Origin: the human T2T-CHM13v2.0 reference genome, Homo sapiens
Length of the DNA stretch: 64,000 nucleotides
Assembly (NCBI RefSeq): GCF_009914755.1
Contig: NC_060937.1
Direction: 5' to 3' (one strand)
Shown here: piece after piece, positions 62,891 through 64,000 of the stretch
Numbering within the stretch: the first letter of the stretch is position 1
Layout of the letters: each line of letters begins with the position of its first letter
Program-made: the position numbers and the translations under genes
The notes under the pieces: generated by a model
Databases searched by the model: none
What the model was told of the DNA's origin: nothing
Seen by the model: the letters and a program-made list of their open reading frames with translations, nothing else

Positions 62891-64000
62891 AAACAAAATG
62901 AAAATAGAAACATGTTGTGACAGATCATTATTAGTTTCTAGCTGCAAGAAAAGTTTGGTAACAGTTAACCTCTCAGCCCATTTTCAGTAGAGGTTCTCAT
63001 TAAGAACCTGCCATTTGAAAATCTGTGTCATCATAGTGACTATATTATTGCCCTAGGATGTCAGCAAAATTCAGTATTGGAAAATGCCCTATAAAGCTGG
63101 TTTTAGCTTCTGCTGGTAACATTAATATAATCCTAAAAATATTGACAATGTTTCAGGCCTTCTAGAGCTCATCTTTATGCCAGATATTAATACATTAAAT
63201 AGATTGAAATGTTAATTATATACTTGAGCATTCTAAGACACGTGTGTGTGTGCACGTGTATGTGCACGTGGACAAACGTGAGAGATATCAGTGTTTAAAA
63301 AGTTGTGATATTTACTAAATTTTTCCTTTGGGGGCTTATCTCAGTAAAGAAAGTAAGAAAACGTAGAAAATAATTTTGTTTAAACTTTTGTTTAATCTCA
63401 TGAGGCTTAACCTATTGACTTATCTGTCTATTATTGACCATTTTATGAAAAGCAATTTTTCTAACATGGAGCACACTTTTGAATGAGAAAAAATTTTTTT
63501 AGTGCTCATCGTATTTTTTTTCATGACAAAGTGTTGTCCACTACTAGCTGTGGAATTATAAAACAAAATCCAAATAGGAAACCAAGTAATCCTATTAAGA
63601 ACATACTTTTATGATAATATAATTAATTTGTAAACTACCATATAATAATCTTGTTGTGGCATTGAATAGTATGCCTGCATCATGAACACTTGATCTCTTT
63701 CTAATTGGTACCATGCCAAAATATTGGTAAATGTTCAAAAAAGAACCTAAACAATTTACAGTGTGTCACTAAGAGTAGAGAGAGCTTAGAAAGATAGTCT
63801 GTTTCAAAGTTTATGCCACTGCATGTTATAACACTCATTAAATGAAGAAACACAATACTATGAGGTTTATCAAATTATGAAATTGATGAACATCCCATTT
63901 GAAAAATGTATTCTAGTGATAAATTCTTTGGTAAATTTAGGAACTTGCCAATAAAGTATACAGAACAGAATTATTTGTATTCATCTAAGCCTTTGAGGAT

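Overview
Primate (protein matches human) genomic DNA from the middle and 3' part of TDRD3 on the + strand. Five GT-AG coding exons join in frame: 8132-8272, 23430-23586 (UBA), 24297-24422 (RG-rich), 42033-42883 and 48774-48899 (Tudor domain split across the last two). The rest is AT-rich intron with about 20 Alus, old L1/L2/MIR/MaLR and DNA-transposon fragments, and a ~13 kb nested retroelement pile (LTR8-like > HERV-L/MLT2A > LTR17 solo LTR and a MER61/LTR9-like ERV1 > L1PA > Alu). I see no evidence of a new multi-gene biological system. The best second-look items are a THE1 provirus split by an internal inversion, a tailless 35-nt U2 retrocopy, a sense mRNA-3'-end retrocopy carrying a poly(A) signal, a possible intronic-polyadenylation TDRD3 isoform, sense LTRs with DUX4-type motifs, and tandem hairpins next to a two-TM small ORF in the ERV1 interior. 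Repeat subfamily names come from recognition by eye, not RepeatMasker, and repeat boundaries are approximate unless a TSD is given.
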